A stretch of 62,154 nucleotides of DNA from a virus. Taxonomy: Duplodnaviria; Caudoviricetes. The notes beneath the pieces are model-generated. The model had not been told where the DNA came from, did no database searches, and saw only the letters and a program-made list of their open reading frames with translations. The position numbers and the translations under genes are program-made. The stretch lies in the IMG/VR virus record IMGVR_UViG_3300017909_004502, positions 1 to 62,154 of that record. One strand, 5' to 3'. Positions 43,601 through 50,857 of this stretch are shown one piece after another. Within the stretch, counting starts at the first letter, position 1. Each line of letters begins with the position of its first letter.

Positions 43601-44521
43601 TATGATTTCGTTATCGGGATCAATGTTTTGTGTTGCATCCACTGTGCGGATCTGTAAGATACCATACATAGCGTCATGATTTCCACACTGATAATATAAA
43701 GTATCAGGAGCACCTGCCGGTACTGTGAATGTTACTGTACCTTCGTCCGCTCCGTTGTTTGTTACGCCTGTGCTGTAAAGTGTTGATGTAGATCCGTCTG
43801 CTGACAATTGATCCTTGTAGGGTTCCGTCATTATCCAAAACGGATGTCCTTTTGCTTTAACATTAAATTTGTAAGTGTTGCCCCTGTAAAGTTTTAGTAT
43901 GGGGTTTCTTTCATTTTCCCTGTGAGGGAATTTGTATGCTCTAGCACTGCTACCATCCAATGGCCATGCTTCAACTTTGTATTCGGCAACCGCTCCCGTG
44001 CCCACGCTGTCTATCTCTATAGGATTTGGACCTTCCGGCATCCAGTAGTATTCTCTGTAATTGATAAGTTTATCAAGGTCCACTGCTGGATTCCAGGAAT
44101 ATCTAACCTCTCTGTTTAATCTATCATGATTATTGGTTTTGCCATTAAAGACACCTAGTTGATTGATATAGTCATCATAGGTTGCAGAAAACTTGACTTG
44201 GTCTTCGGGATTGATACTTGTTGTGTCTCTGTCTGTGTAAGTTATTGCTGGTTCCAGTTGGTACGCCATTCTGTCTCTACTTGTGGCGTCAACATATCTG
44301 TCTGTTGGTTTTCTAGTGTAAGCATCCTGTCGTCCTACAAAACCGTCAAGCCTTTGTAGTGACCCTTTCTGTACCAATTGGTCAAGTGTGCTTGATAAAA
44401 ATCTGTTATTGGAGTCTGTTCTATAGAAAGCGGGTAGATGCTGAATAGTCCTTCTGAGCTCGGTATCGCCCTGTTTGACTACTTCACTGTTTAATGATGC
44501 GTTTGTGATTTGATCTGCCAT
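31646..44521 (-). CDS. Giant 4291-aa virion/baseplate protein
   Basis: Single uninterrupted ORF after the gp6-like gene. It contains a cupredoxin-like segment, FG-GAP-like propeller repeats, CBM-like W..Y..G..V.Y.G..Y units and GDGST.F repeats. Confidence 0.85.
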   Translation of the reverse strand: MADQITNASLNSEVVKQGDTELRRTIQHLPAFYRTDSNNRFLSSTLDQLVQKGSLQRLDGFVGRQDAYTRKPTDRYVDATSRDRMAYQLEPAITYTDRDTTSINPEDQVKFSATYDDYINQLGVFNGKTNNHDRLNREVRYSWNPAVDLDKLINYREYYWMPEGPNPIEIDSVGTGAVAEYKVEAWPLDGSSARAYKFPHRENERNPILKLYRGNTYKFNVKAKGHPFWIMTEPYKDQLSADGSTSTLYSTGVTNNGADEGTVTFTVPAGAPDTLYYQCGNHDAMYGILQIRTVDATQNIDPDNEIIGVKNYSLRTLDISNGMKIKFTNSKVPAAYQDKEYYVEGVGDAITLTDTTKLITPATYAEETTIPFDGVVFDSRPYSKAFYRPKDPDYITIKRDSIDHNAWSRYNRWFHRDVIERTAEITGNTPVLNETDRAKRPIIEFDSGLALFNHGTQSIDSITLYDDTTTDAFSDVVNQTGYIIDGIALEEGMTVIFANDNDSLVKNNVYTVNFVTGSDSAQVIALTKKSTPTQGDSVFVELGTDNQGNVYHYNSTSEQWTASQDKTKLNQQPLFNMYDNDHVSYSDNTKYPSTSFAGAKVFAFATSDSATTDTVLGIKVKYNTINNVGDMVFESDHTSGSFTYKSGANTVSKKLAEGHLHYTTATQTHNSKSAWVKNDSESRQRVLRTFIVDKLEKKLFPIDFFKDSVTLTDLIVSVFVNGSRKTVSTDYTIVDGTKNKFIKFNTDLEIDDIVRIAVYSKSEKIANKGIYEIPSNLEINAKNSIIDSFTFGQIQNHLQSIFDYNTELTGNYSGNNNLRDKPDALRNGGSIVQHDGSLMPAFFGLIDPESNVISAIDYTNKEYEKWYNAFLSTATGTAYEGVAGDRVDEIITAIGTGRNNDFPFYYEDMVGYGENVSVRNYTVPDASQTEYAIDSKHDITKLSNRAVYVYLNDVQLLLGTDYTFSTTDDSINITKTLAEGDKIKIKDYPDTTGSFIPPTPTKLGMYPKFTPELFSDDTYKTTVNVIRKHDGSLIKAYGDERDDLILELEKRIYNNCKTTYDATLLSTADVMPTAFTSTDYTIDEVNDIMGPDFYTWAGRNNVQYINNKTFSEGSPFTYNFAFSTDRLNGDKLPGFWRGIYKYFYDTDSPHTRPWEMLGHSEKPSDWETTYGAAPYTSGNDVLWNAVATQPGRYGKPDIKRYLPVDASGNLLDPIATGLVADFDVRGRSASWKFGDQGPAETAWRRSSSYPFTAIKMLALTTPAKFFGIYFDNSRLEKNVSQNLISTETGVRQTLADARYHLETVTNNTTGVTTRYTTAGYQPLCVNYLISKNLDPVTFYYKKLKNLQAQLCYKLGGFTDKNNLKILTDSVSPGSTSGSKFIPDENYKILFRASNPVETFSYSGVLIEKNTDVGVDGSSLRGGYKILGYSADKPYFNFYYPLLNTNNSKLSVPGQEALAYNDFDETLQTVPYGFVFDTIQEVANFLLGYGKYLESKGFAFNKYSNELKETLNWKNAVREFLFWTTQEWSPGSAITVSPGANGLELTTSNSVVGQLKSITGDYSILDSAGAKIPVNELSTKRIGTTFDIELKSAAVGMYNISMNTVQKEHLLLFDNKTVFNDILYDQSNGFRQKRLKLVGWKTSSWNGDYYAPGFIFDSGQVTYWLQNTDYKIGQAVEYQGKFYVSKTNQNSGTAFDYSKWIYKPQKPAPQLIPNFEYKISQFNDFYNLESNNFDESQEKLAQRLIGYQSRDYLENLFVNDVSQYKFYQGFIREKGTRNAIDKLLKAKYENSNIDLDLYPEWMIRTGQIGNTDKTESIQIKLSADSINPTNQSVEILDPTLSKEWNRSYSANEEQLYYKPIDYSVPTTFAKYDYTQTGIDRDQVQVYKTAGYPRLTQVNHTAFHIDDILNLDVNAVASSELIWVANKSNNDWDVLRITNADTTLRSLKPINNATELEITFNKSHGLTAGSTTTQADHFAIAQAENDDINRVYVVKRVIDHDTLVVDYDGNTAFIPALGDESTANSYGNLFYFRSVRLSSMDNVNDRLAFDQYVEKDDSIDQTGDKVYADSDSAGLWRVYEKQDPYTFGLVLSPNTTAASQHFGHRVVARNDGRTVIVSAPGDAQGKIHVMFRTEASAGSTLFNESTVTTTAGNDNTSRLGESLSISTDENFVCAGAPYTNSIGTDGSTRFADAGLLKTLVWNPATFRYSALNEITPPTDEASQNFGWAHKIAEPGASSTRSTATKYLFVSAPGINSNTGKVYMYTWEVGSDGSTYDTWTQRVTIGSSEPGTGKRFGHRLATNDNGDILAVSSLSPGDAGKVEIFVRTSQSNDDSVEHSFSRVQTLVGTSSEDSTLNTNFGDAISMSKDGTTLVIGAPGVDDPNAPDSGAIYYYKWNADGSTNTYTLQQTITAPEKLTNAKFGSQLDLNNNGTRLVIGAEGMSSDRPMRFDSGETTFDLQDTNIVDENPGSGAVYTATMYNTKFVLDGKLINDNVTANDEYGTGVCAIDGSIMVGAPKDDGNTDVSDGSSKIQDDGTVHCYDLNTAGEYAWKNIASETPLIDIGKLGQVFAFNSFDKQIGQFFNLYDPIKGRILGLADAEINFKTPNDPAYYNVGSKAQTKIAWAEKHVGEVWWDLSTVKWLWYEQGDQEYKFNNWGKTFPGSTIDVYEWVESTLLPSEYAQQVVSINRGDLSGTPAYPDDSHYTVKQKYSSIKNGFVNHYYYWVKNRSSMPVNSVVERKNTTAFVANTIANPKLSGIGYYAVTDTNKFLVYNLPDLKNDQTILNLDIRTNTFEADAHSIWKLVREGDKNYRPGMQIEKRWWDSLIGSNEEGDIVPDQDLPVNERYGNKIRPRQSWYVNRYDALKEIIDYANSVLKKYQLVGTFSLTNLDSADPQPTAESGEWDGSVDTYAELTYINTADLSGTVKYLVKADERSNNFWAIYSWDGTEWSRTKLQSYNTSKFWEYVDWYETSGSMTHDVNTKIDKQVTYEYELDTLDAELGNHVKVTSADTGGWKIYMKTADGWQNVATENGTIRLSTAIYDYDTDAIGFAGEDTFDENFFDQEPSIETRKILTALRDDLFVNDLAKEYNTLFFTGLRKVLAEQTYVDWLFKTSFLNINSKVRKLDQRKTYTIGTDDWIEEYINEVKPFHSKIREYKLGYDGTDTQDGLFTDFDNPPFYDSTTGKIRSLNTSSDTAKLSEYPWQMWNDYHKKYVSSITVTHGGAGYETAPTVTVLGGTIASTGPFQIRGTSSSGATSGTYGYYYPLFTSESQAKIWDSQNGGSGTVHTHTFDEYAGTFYMPTATTNHGVETKSGIYKMYDTPDTQAATATAIVKNGAVTSINVVTKGRNYTSTPTVTITGGKNDGTNPTDVARAYANLNNDLVRDVDVTMKFDRIKSTHDVVDWESNSTYEYGQLIRYNNELYKATNRFTSTTKFRENENSVYKLRGDETGLTASDRTKGFYTPTSGMAGNELSQLMSGIDYGGTMVTGLLFTQGQCFDKSGYYDFGWDNYGKSNILTFRGDGSTATFTFDTPPAENTVYLIYTTVNGIRTKVLNASGVHDSFRGDGSTPSKTLASAPADGTLVEFIPYNEDGVLTPTDDRTLDTVVKGGLFGSALGYAPSDIITDGDDFISPDTSYAPEEAVPGQLFDTLDMKVYTSPQSGVPFITEKIYRGDGTTTTFGIGEYPGTLGSVTATVDGVIKKLTTDYTIDVQAKTITFTSAPANLSVVATKTFAISGSNYRVLDTYIGDGSTTQFVTASRDDFQGDSTDSQIYITIDGVPTTAFTTSSSAKRITVTFNTPPAANAYVQVAGFSQASGTRAHASMRNEAITYDGSTNRYTMTYPPGTVGPYSGLTMIEVNGKMLRGPDISYYLGDGSTYTYGVVSGLGEDSTVDPAKTITSASQVNVFVNGSQKLLNTDYTVDIGNQNIEFVTGAVPSATDVIAVETLVDNHYRVEGTDFILDTTQISSDGYSLSASDVMTVTTFNNALGMKLRREVLEGKSNGEFYLRFAALNASYMYVWLNGEQITQGTDFTVSPHFTTNDTKITIVGRTITSSDRLDVLYFALDSAVGATGFRIFKDMLNRTFYKRISKNATTELTKDLIDNPATIEVKDGSVLGTPSISSNTPGVIFVDKERIEYFTKTGNTLGQLRRGTLGTGIKEHSSGAEVVDASGTQTIPYADTIYTNTFTGDGSTTVFALSQAPSSAGELDIFIGGQRLLLASEDGSTINYSVDGSTTAVTLSTAPASGTQIKILHKKGQVWYTAKDGNPANGKGLQASTSQQARFIADDPTNAPE

Positions 44522-47500
44522 TAGTATCCAGTCCCACTACTGCCGGTGCTTGAACCGGATCCTGATGTAGTGGAACCTGACACTGCTGAACCTGTCGTCG
44601 TGTTTGTTGTGGCTGTCGATGTACTTGTCACCACTGTGCCTGAAGATTCCAACTGGTTGGCTCCAAGTGCTGTGATTATCGATACATCATTAACGGTGGC
44701 CCCACTAATGAATATTTCGTCCGCCGCCGAATCTATCTGGAACAGAGACCCAAAACTCTGCCCTGACTGATTGGGTACTATCACAACCGTAAGCAAATCT
44801 GGCGCTAATTGGTTGTGTACGAATGCGGCTAATTCTGTAAAATAAAAACTGTCCCCAAAGTCCCAATTATCTAATGCAAAAAACTCATTGATAGCGGCAA
44901 TGACTCTTGTCTTGATCACTGCATCTGTTACATTGGTTCTAGGATTTTTGACAACCTTGAATGTTGCCTGTAATTCTTCATCGGAATTTGTACCGAATAA
45001 AATTTTATATTTCACTGGATGATATATCAATTGATCCGATAGTGATTTTTTGGGATTCAAGACACCAGAATAATTTATTCTCAATTGATCGCTTGTGGAC
45101 GGTGTAGGTTTTTCACCACCGTCTTGTAACCAAATTCTGAAAAGATTGTCGTAACTTTTTTCTAACACATAGATGTCTATTATGTTAGATACCGCAGGAT
45201 CTATTCTAGTTTCCTGACCGGCATGATGTTTGTATTGGAAATCAATAGAACTTCTTCCACGTCTACCTATGTAGTCAGTTGAAGTTGTCAACGTGTTTGT
45301 AGTCTCGCTGTAAGACTTGACTACATTTTCATTTTCATCATAAAAGTAAAAAAGTTGTCCGTCGTCATATTGTGTTGTGGCGAGGTTGATATCACTTTCA
45401 TTTTGGGACACAACGAAATTTGAAGATGCATACGGTCTGTATCTTTCTATGTTGTTGTAGGACAAGTATTTTTCAAAAAATACAAACTTTTGTGTTGGAG
45501 TCACAGTTGGTTCTACAAAGATGTCAAAAAGTTCAGGATTGTCTACTACACCGTCGTCGTCTTTGTCATAGAATCCAACCTTAATTTTTCTATTGTCCTG
45601 GAAACCGTCTGCTTCCGTCACAGTGTCCACCACCTGCCATGTGATAGGATATCCGATGCTGTTACCCGATGATAGTATGGAATTTGTTTTCAATATTTTT
45701 ACTACATCTTTTACACTCTGTCCGGTTTTGTAATCGTAAATTTTTTCTTGTGTATCATAATGGAACTTGTTTTGACCTTCTGATTCAAAGACATAGTCTA
45801 ATTTTCTGTATCGCACTGTGTATGTTCTGCCATCGTTTCTAAAATCAAACCACCAACTAGCATCAAGATTGGCATCCGATGTGTCGCCTGCGTTCGATAA
45901 ATTAAAAATTGTACTTGAACTTAAATTCGTGCTTGTTATCACTTTCCATGTTTCTGTTGTTTCGTCATATCTCAATCCAAACTCTTCGTAATCTTCAATT
46001 TTGTTGATCATGTCTGTCTTGACCTCATCTGAAATTGAGAGGGTCAAATTAGGAATTACAGCACTCAACACACTACCATTTGGTATTATGCTGGACAACA
46101 CCACAGGTCCTGTGCCATCTTCAAGATTTCCCGTTCCGCCATTTGCCCCGTCACCTGTGACCGATGTCATTTTGGCCCATGCTCTGTCTTCTGCGTTGTC
46201 GGTGCCTGACGTTACTAATTTGTTGTTTAAAAATTCTCTAGTATCTGGTGAAGTGAATTTTATCAAAGCACCCGGTTTCGCAAATTTCAAGTTAGAAGTT
46301 GCAAAGTCACCTGTCACTAAAGCACCACCAGATGTGAAATATCCAGTATTACTGTTTGTGGACGTTGTTGTTGAATTCCAAGTTGCGGAAAGAGTGCTTA
46401 GATCTTTGTTTCCGTATTTGAAATAATAAAATTGTCTAGCATATGCTTCTTTTAATTTTGCTTCAACATTGGTGTTGATCGTTGCTCTAATTTCATTCCT
46501 GTTTGCATATGTGAAAGTAAACTTAGGTAAAGACTCTTCTCTGTATAAAATACCATCCTCGGCAAACACACTTAAATTTGAATACGCACCTGTGGGATCT
46601 AGAATTTCTTTTTGTCTAGATATACCAGATGCCGACCTGTTGACACTTCTCACTTTGACAATCTCTTGTGATGCACTTAAAGGCACAACTTGATAATCTT
46701 CTGCTGTAATCATCCTATCTTGTGAATAGTAAACCTGTGCCGCTTTTTGTTTGATGTCGCTTGTTGATTCTGTTGTGTTTGCATTGTACACACTTTGTTT
46801 CAGACTCATTGCTAATGTAAGAGTCTGTTGTGCACCGTTCTTATCGATATATCCAATGTTCAAGGACAATGACTGTATATCACTAGGTTGCAGAGCATAC
46901 TTGGCGTTGTCGCTTTGTCTGTAATACAATCTAAAATTGCCCAATGGTATATTGCTGAAGTTTCCGTCACCAAACACAAGGTCTATGCTGTCACTTGCTT
47001 TAGTAACCACATTGTAAATGTTACGCTCGCTCTCTGCCAAAGAATTATAGATAGCATTATTGCCTGCAAGAGAAGGTACCTGTTTCCATTCCTCAATCGG
47101 TAGACCAAAATTATCTAGTTTGTACAACCAAATATCGTTATTGTTGATATTATTTGCCGCTACGGATCTAACATAATTGGTTTCTGCACTGTCTATGGCA
47201 AAATCAAAACTGGACATTGTTCCTTGTTTGAACATGAAAAAGAAACCGGTATTGTTTGAACTATCACCCGCACCGTCTGTTCTATATGTGTAAGTGAATC
47301 CGGAACCGTTGATCGGTCTCGCCTCATATACAGATTCGCTATCTTCAATCGAACTTGAAACAATCTCAAACTGTCTTGTAATTCCACCAACCGCTTTAGA
47401 AAACTTGTACATCGGTAGATCAACTTGATTTGTGCTTAATGTATATGTTTCAGTTTTTATTCCACCTATTGTTCCTTGCTCCCTAGGACTGCCAAACAAC

Positions 47501-48003
47501 TGTCCTGTTTGATTTGCCGCATTTAATATCGCAATAAATTGTTCTCTATAATTGCTATTGGCAGAGTCGTTCCAAACAATTGTTTGATTTGCTAGGTTTG
47601 ATCCTGTGCTGTCTACTACATTTTCTGTAGTTGATACAGAATCCAATTTTAAAAGTCCGGTTGCCGGTGTGTTTCTTTTCGCTGTGTAATTGATCAACCT
47701 TGCTAGTCTCAAAACACTATTTCTTCTTTCAGCAGTTTCTAAAAAATTTTCTCTGGCATTTAGATCTACCCTGAAAGACAGTGCCTGAGCAATGTAGGCT
47801 ATGAGATCAATAAGTGCCACATATTCAGAACTTTCAACAAAATCGTTGAAATCATCTGGATAGTTTTCCTTGATGTAAGCCACCATGGTTCTACGCAGTG
47901 TCTCAAAGTCATAGGATTTAAAATCTGCCTGTTGGAAAGTTTGGTAGATCTTTCTCCAATCTTCCGCGACTAGTAATCTGTTTTGTCTATCTGTTGTGGC
48001 CAT
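44521..48003 (-). CDS. gp6: Baseplate wedge subunit (T4 gp6-like)
   Basis: YDFETLR, ENFLETAERR.SV.RLA.LINY, FGDG.F, RMITAEDY and WDFG; follows gp25. Confidence 0.85.
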   Translation of the reverse strand: MATTDRQNRLLVAEDWRKIYQTFQQADFKSYDFETLRRTMVAYIKENYPDDFNDFVESSEYVALIDLIAYIAQALSFRVDLNARENFLETAERRNSVLRLARLINYTAKRNTPATGLLKLDSVSTTENVVDSTGSNLANQTIVWNDSANSNYREQFIAILNAANQTGQLFGSPREQGTIGGIKTETYTLSTNQVDLPMYKFSKAVGGITRQFEIVSSSIEDSESVYEARPINGSGFTYTYRTDGAGDSSNNTGFFFMFKQGTMSSFDFAIDSAETNYVRSVAANNINNNDIWLYKLDNFGLPIEEWKQVPSLAGNNAIYNSLAESERNIYNVVTKASDSIDLVFGDGNFSNIPLGNFRLYYRQSDNAKYALQPSDIQSLSLNIGYIDKNGAQQTLTLAMSLKQSVYNANTTESTSDIKQKAAQVYYSQDRMITAEDYQVVPLSASQEIVKVRSVNRSASGISRQKEILDPTGAYSNLSVFAEDGILYREESLPKFTFTYANRNEIRATINTNVEAKLKEAYARQFYYFKYGNKDLSTLSATWNSTTTSTNSNTGYFTSGGALVTGDFATSNLKFAKPGALIKFTSPDTREFLNNKLVTSGTDNAEDRAWAKMTSVTGDGANGGTGNLEDGTGPVVLSSIIPNGSVLSAVIPNLTLSISDEVKTDMINKIEDYEEFGLRYDETTETWKVITSTNLSSSTIFNLSNAGDTSDANLDASWWFDFRNDGRTYTVRYRKLDYVFESEGQNKFHYDTQEKIYDYKTGQSVKDVVKILKTNSILSSGNSIGYPITWQVVDTVTEADGFQDNRKIKVGFYDKDDDGVVDNPELFDIFVEPTVTPTQKFVFFEKYLSYNNIERYRPYASSNFVVSQNESDINLATTQYDDGQLFYFYDENENVVKSYSETTNTLTTSTDYIGRRGRSSIDFQYKHHAGQETRIDPAVSNIIDIYVLEKSYDNLFRIWLQDGGEKPTPSTSDQLRINYSGVLNPKKSLSDQLIYHPVKYKILFGTNSDEELQATFKVVKNPRTNVTDAVIKTRVIAAINEFFALDNWDFGDSFYFTELAAFVHNQLAPDLLTVVIVPNQSGQSFGSLFQIDSAADEIFISGATVNDVSIITALGANQLESSGTVVTSTSTATTNTTTGSAVSGSTTSGSGSSTGSSGTGY

Positions 48004-48017
48004 ACTGTTTGTATGGA

Positions 48018-48025
48018 TATTTATA
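48018..48025 (-). promoter_or_regulatory. T4-type late promoter
   Basis: Exact TATAAATA, 14 nt upstream of the gp6-like ATG. Confidence 0.75.
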
Positions 48026-48045
48026 TATTAAATTAAGTGCGTATA

Positions 48046-48459
48046 TTAAGATAGGCGCAATAATGAATTTTCATCAAAGTTGAATGCTAACTTTTCGGTG
48101 ATGTTCAAAGGCACGTAAGTCAATGTGGCCTGTATCAATATGCCATGATCTGCCTCTTGCACCACGATGTTTTCTGTTGCTATACGTGGATCTGCATTGA
48201 GATTCTCTGTGATGTCCTCTGTCACTGCTTGTTTTATACGATCTGTGAACGGTTCAAACAACACATCGTATATTATTGTGCCAAATTCAGGATTCTCCAC
48301 TCTTTCGCCCTTCCGTACCGACAAACGGTTTATGAGATCCTGTTTAGCACACTCAAAATCATAAACCTTAAAGTTCTGCCTCTCGGCTCTTGATGAAAAT
48401 CCTTTGAACGTGACATTGTTGATGCCGCTGTTTGTGTTCTGTCCGTCTCCGTATGCCAT
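48046..48459 (-). CDS. gp25: Baseplate wedge subunit, gp25/GPW family
   Basis: Motifs RKGERVENPEFG, LFEP and DPR. Confidence 0.9.
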   Translation of the reverse strand: MAYGDGQNTNSGINNVTFKGFSSRAERQNFKVYDFECAKQDLINRLSVRKGERVENPEFGTIIYDVLFEPFTDRIKQAVTEDITENLNADPRIATENIVVQEADHGILIQATLTYVPLNITEKLAFNFDENSLLRLS

Positions 48460-50852
48460 TAATGTAATCTCCTAAATTCCACGTCAACTTTGTTGTAGTC
48501 GACTGCCCAGTATCCGGTATCGGTCATGTGCCTTGCCCATGGCACTTCCTGTGCCATGACACCGATATACCGTCCCGGTATTCCGTAGTATTTAAACGAA
48601 TATATGTTGATACCGCTTGGTGATTTGCCAATTAATTTTATTTGTTCTTTCAACCTCATATCACTGAACTTGAAACCACTAAAGAAAGTTTTTACTGCAC
48701 CACCTATGGCTCCTATCTTGGTTGCCAGGTTTTGTCCAACGTTCTGGAAAAATGTTTGTCCGCCCAGTTGTGCCGCACTGGCATTGTACAAACCGGTCTT
48801 GGTTGCTATGTTTCTCACAGTGTTCATTCCGATTATCTTGCCGCCTGTCACGTTCGTGAAAGTCCTGTTGATTGTTTCAACGTTCTGCACCACACCACCT
48901 ATGTTACCTTGAGAAAGATTGTTTTTGAGCCCTTTGACAGTGTTGATTGTGCTTCCGCCAAGTTTCACTGTTTTGAGAACATCCTCACCAACAGCGAACA
49001 ATTCACCTGTGGAATTCACAAACACATTGTCTTTGAAAAGTTCCGTGCTGGCGTTCTTAAATTTCTCAACTACTTGTGAGCTCAGTAGATCGTCAGCGGC
49101 GCCTTTAATAGTTTTACCCAAAGCACTCGCCTTGACTTTTTCTGTTATGCTGTCCTTGATGTCAAAAGGCAAGTTCAATTTTTCGGATATGCCATATATC
49201 TTGTTGTATTCCTTGGCAAAATCGCCCAACAGTTCTTTGGCCTTGGTTCCCGATGTGCTTGATCCCATTTTTTGTTTGACATATGCCAGTGCATCTGCTT
49301 GATATTGTGCATCACGTATTCCGCTGTTGGCACTCAATCTGTTTTGTTGATTCAAGAACTCTGGAGTTCCTGGCTGGTTAGCATTCTTGCTCCATTGCTT
49401 CTTGTCATCAACCTCCACCGGTATCACGCTGTCGCTCGTGATAGGTGACGCCCTGAACATGGGCTCGTGTGTGACAAATCTATGCACAGTGGTCTTGGTC
49501 TGCCTGCTGAACATTTCCAGCGGTTCGATTCCTTTTTTGGCCAGTTCCACATCACCTTCCTCACGTGTAGACATGCCTGCAATAAAATCATCCAACCACA
49601 CAGGACCCCAACTTGGACTTGCACCGACCGAATTGAAATGCACCTGTGAACCTGCAAGGTCAATCCTGCCTCCGGCTCCGTGCAGTTGTTGACCCGGTGT
49701 GTAGGATGTTATACCTGTTTTTCCGTGCGTGGTCACAGATCCCTCTGTTGCACTCGTGAAAGTGCCCAGTCTGCTGATGTTGAACGTGGCTTCACTGCTC
49801 TGTATCAACTCTGCCTCGGACTTCATACGTATCTGCCCGTTGGCATGGAAGTTCATGTTGCTGTCGCTATGTAAATTAAAGTCACCTTCGGTACGTAGAT
49901 TGATTCCTCCTATGCCGGAGTATATGTCAATCCTTCCGTCCTTGGTCATTTCAATGTATGCGTTACCCGAACCGTTGGCAATGTAAACCACGCCAGCGGT
50001 ATCATGCATTAGTAATTGATGCCCGGATGCTGTCCTTAGTCGTGTCAGTTGATTGCTTCCGTCCGTCGCTCCGTCGTCCATTACAAAAGTATGTCCGGTT
50101 GTTCTGTCCACAACATCCTGTACTGGATCATCGGACGATCCCACGTTCTTTGGAGTCGCTCCCGTATTTTTTCTTCCCGGAGTGCTCATGCCAAAAACTT
50201 GGCTCGGTGATTCACGCTGTGCCGACGAAGTTGTTGTTCCCCTGACTGAATCTGATATCAATCCCTGTTTTAATAATGTGTCCGCGAACGGATGCACCGG
50301 ATGTGCTTGTTGTTCGTAATTTTCAAAAGTGACCCCACGATCCCTATTGATTTCTCCTGCAGGAATGTTTGCACTTCCGTATTCGTTACCGGCATTGGCC
50401 CCCAATTCGTCTATGACGTTGTCGGAACTTGCTATGCCCGGTGTCATGTGATTTGTTATGGGTTCCTGTATACAACCTATCCAAAATGCGTTCTCGACCT
50501 TGCCTTCTGCAAATATCACTAAAACACGTGTTTCCAGATCGGGCGGCACTGCCCAGAAACCGTAACTGAACTGCGAATCCTCGTACTTGTTTCCTGCTGT
50601 GACATAGTTCAAACCTTTGTTGCCGTAAAAAGGACTAAGGTATTTGCATTCTATCAAGTTGTCGGTCTCCTGTTTGTACGATCCCGACAATGCAGGTATT
50701 AAAACTTTCAGTCTTCCCATCTTGAGTGGGTCCACGTTCTGTTTTACTATCCCTATGTACGGGCCACTGTTTTCTGTTCCCCAACTGGTGTCTGTGCCCG
50801 GTGCTGTGGAAGTGGATGTGTGTCCCGATATGTATTTTTTGATCCTAGCCAT
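48459..50852 (-). CDS. gp5: Baseplate central spike (gp5/VgrG-like) with C-terminal S74-type chaperone
   Basis: OB-fold DP.KMGRLKV..PPD...VLV.F, RTASGH beta-helix repeats, and terminal FSDMRLK..GVMAQEV..VDY. Confidence 0.8.
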   Translation of the reverse strand: MARIKKYISGHTSTSTAPGTDTSWGTENSGPYIGIVKQNVDPLKMGRLKVLIPALSGSYKQETDNLIECKYLSPFYGNKGLNYVTAGNKYEDSQFSYGFWAVPPDLETRVLVIFAEGKVENAFWIGCIQEPITNHMTPGIASSDNVIDELGANAGNEYGSANIPAGEINRDRGVTFENYEQQAHPVHPFADTLLKQGLISDSVRGTTTSSAQRESPSQVFGMSTPGRKNTGATPKNVGSSDDPVQDVVDRTTGHTFVMDDGATDGSNQLTRLRTASGHQLLMHDTAGVVYIANGSGNAYIEMTKDGRIDIYSGIGGINLRTEGDFNLHSDSNMNFHANGQIRMKSEAELIQSSEATFNISRLGTFTSATEGSVTTHGKTGITSYTPGQQLHGAGGRIDLAGSQVHFNSVGASPSWGPVWLDDFIAGMSTREEGDVELAKKGIEPLEMFSRQTKTTVHRFVTHEPMFRASPITSDSVIPVEVDDKKQWSKNANQPGTPEFLNQQNRLSANSGIRDAQYQADALAYVKQKMGSSTSGTKAKELLGDFAKEYNKIYGISEKLNLPFDIKDSITEKVKASALGKTIKGAADDLLSSQVVEKFKNASTELFKDNVFVNSTGELFAVGEDVLKTVKLGGSTINTVKGLKNNLSQGNIGGVVQNVETINRTFTNVTGGKIIGMNTVRNIATKTGLYNASAAQLGGQTFFQNVGQNLATKIGAIGGAVKTFFSGFKFSDMRLKEQIKLIGKSPSGINIYSFKYYGIPGRYIGVMAQEVPWARHMTDTGYWAVDYNKVDVEFRRLH

Positions 50853-50857
50853 TTTTA

